Shown one piece after another: positions 63,286 to 64,000 of a stretch of 64,000 bases of DNA (positions within the stretch are counted from its first letter, which is position 1; every line of letters begins with the position of its first letter). Below the pieces are notes generated by a model. The model was not told the origin of the DNA and did no database searches. It saw only the letters and a list, made by a program, of their open reading frames with translations. A program made the translations under genes and the position numbers. The stretch is from contig MU054132.1 in assembly GCA_013239625.1 (NCBI GenBank), forward strand, positions 744,001 through 808,000. The letters are read 5' to 3'. The DNA is from Lama guanicoe. Taxonomy: Eukaryota.

Positions 63286-64000
63286 CTGGAAAACAAAATA
63301 AACTGATTTTTAATAAAGTCTCTACTTACAATCTGTCTCATATACTTCGTACCTCTGGAAACAAAAGCACTGAGGTAGGTGTAGAGACCCAGAGGCCTTG
63401 CAACCCAACAAACCCAATTTGATTCTAAAATGTATTTTTTTCATATTTAATAATTATACCTTATTTCAATGATTCTGAGATGAACTCCTCTGAGACGTAT
63501 TACTAGGAAACTTATTTTGTTCTATTGTAAATAAATGGCAATTTTTTTAAAAAATTACATTTTTGTTTGTTGGTGCACATAAATACAACTGATTTTTTTA
63601 AAAAGTTGTCTTATATCCAAGAGGATATAGGGGGAACACAAAGAAGCTCTAGCTACCTTATGAACATAAGTAATTCTAATAATTTATCTGTAGATTCTCT
63701 TGCTCTTTACATGCTGACAATAACATCATCTAAAAAAAAAATAACTTTCAAAGCTTTAAGTTATTACAAAAAGAAGTGCCAAAGGTCTACCCTGTATCCT
63801 GGTCTGGCTCAGTATGGACTCAAGGAGAATCAATAGATAAATAAGCATTTTTTTCATTTGGCTGTTTTCTTCTTCTAATCAATTTTCAAGTGTGAATTAT
63901 AGTGGCCATGCTGTTTTCTTTCCTGTTTTTTAGGAAGCTTCTACCGACAGGGCAAAGTGTCAATGGGTCAAATGCCCAGAGACCTCAAGATACACAAGGA

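Overview
Mammalian genomic DNA, most likely a camelid, inferred from Vic-1-type tRNA-derived SINEs and matching young L1 3' ends. It holds two tandem minus-strand genes in the order I recall for the human SCAP-ELP6 locus. SCAP is present as its 5' half: CpG-island promoter and non-coding exon 1 at about 48.2-49.0 kb, exon 2 with the ATG at 22499, exon 3 at 10110-10239 and exon 4 at 212-369, continuing off the left edge. ELP6 is present as its 3' part: exons 3-7 at 63285 to 57394, with exons 1-2 off the right edge. All exon boundaries are GT-AG and the phases join into continuous reading frames. The rest is intron or intergenic DNA dense in transposons: L1 of several ages, Vic-1-like SINEs, solo ERV LTRs with TSDs, MaLR LTRs, MER/Tigger DNA transposons, and MIR/L2 remnants. 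Most ORFs in the supplied track are spurious or L1 fragments. I see no evidence of a wholly new gene system. The best leads are a three-uORF cluster before the SCAP start codon, inverted repeats around SCAP exons 2-3, solo LTRs placed as possible antisense or divergent promoters, an unidentified TSD-flanked insert nested in L1, a poly(A)-tailed LTR retrocopy, and two fold-back palindromes. Repeat subfamily names and comparisons to human proteins are from memory and need confirmation.
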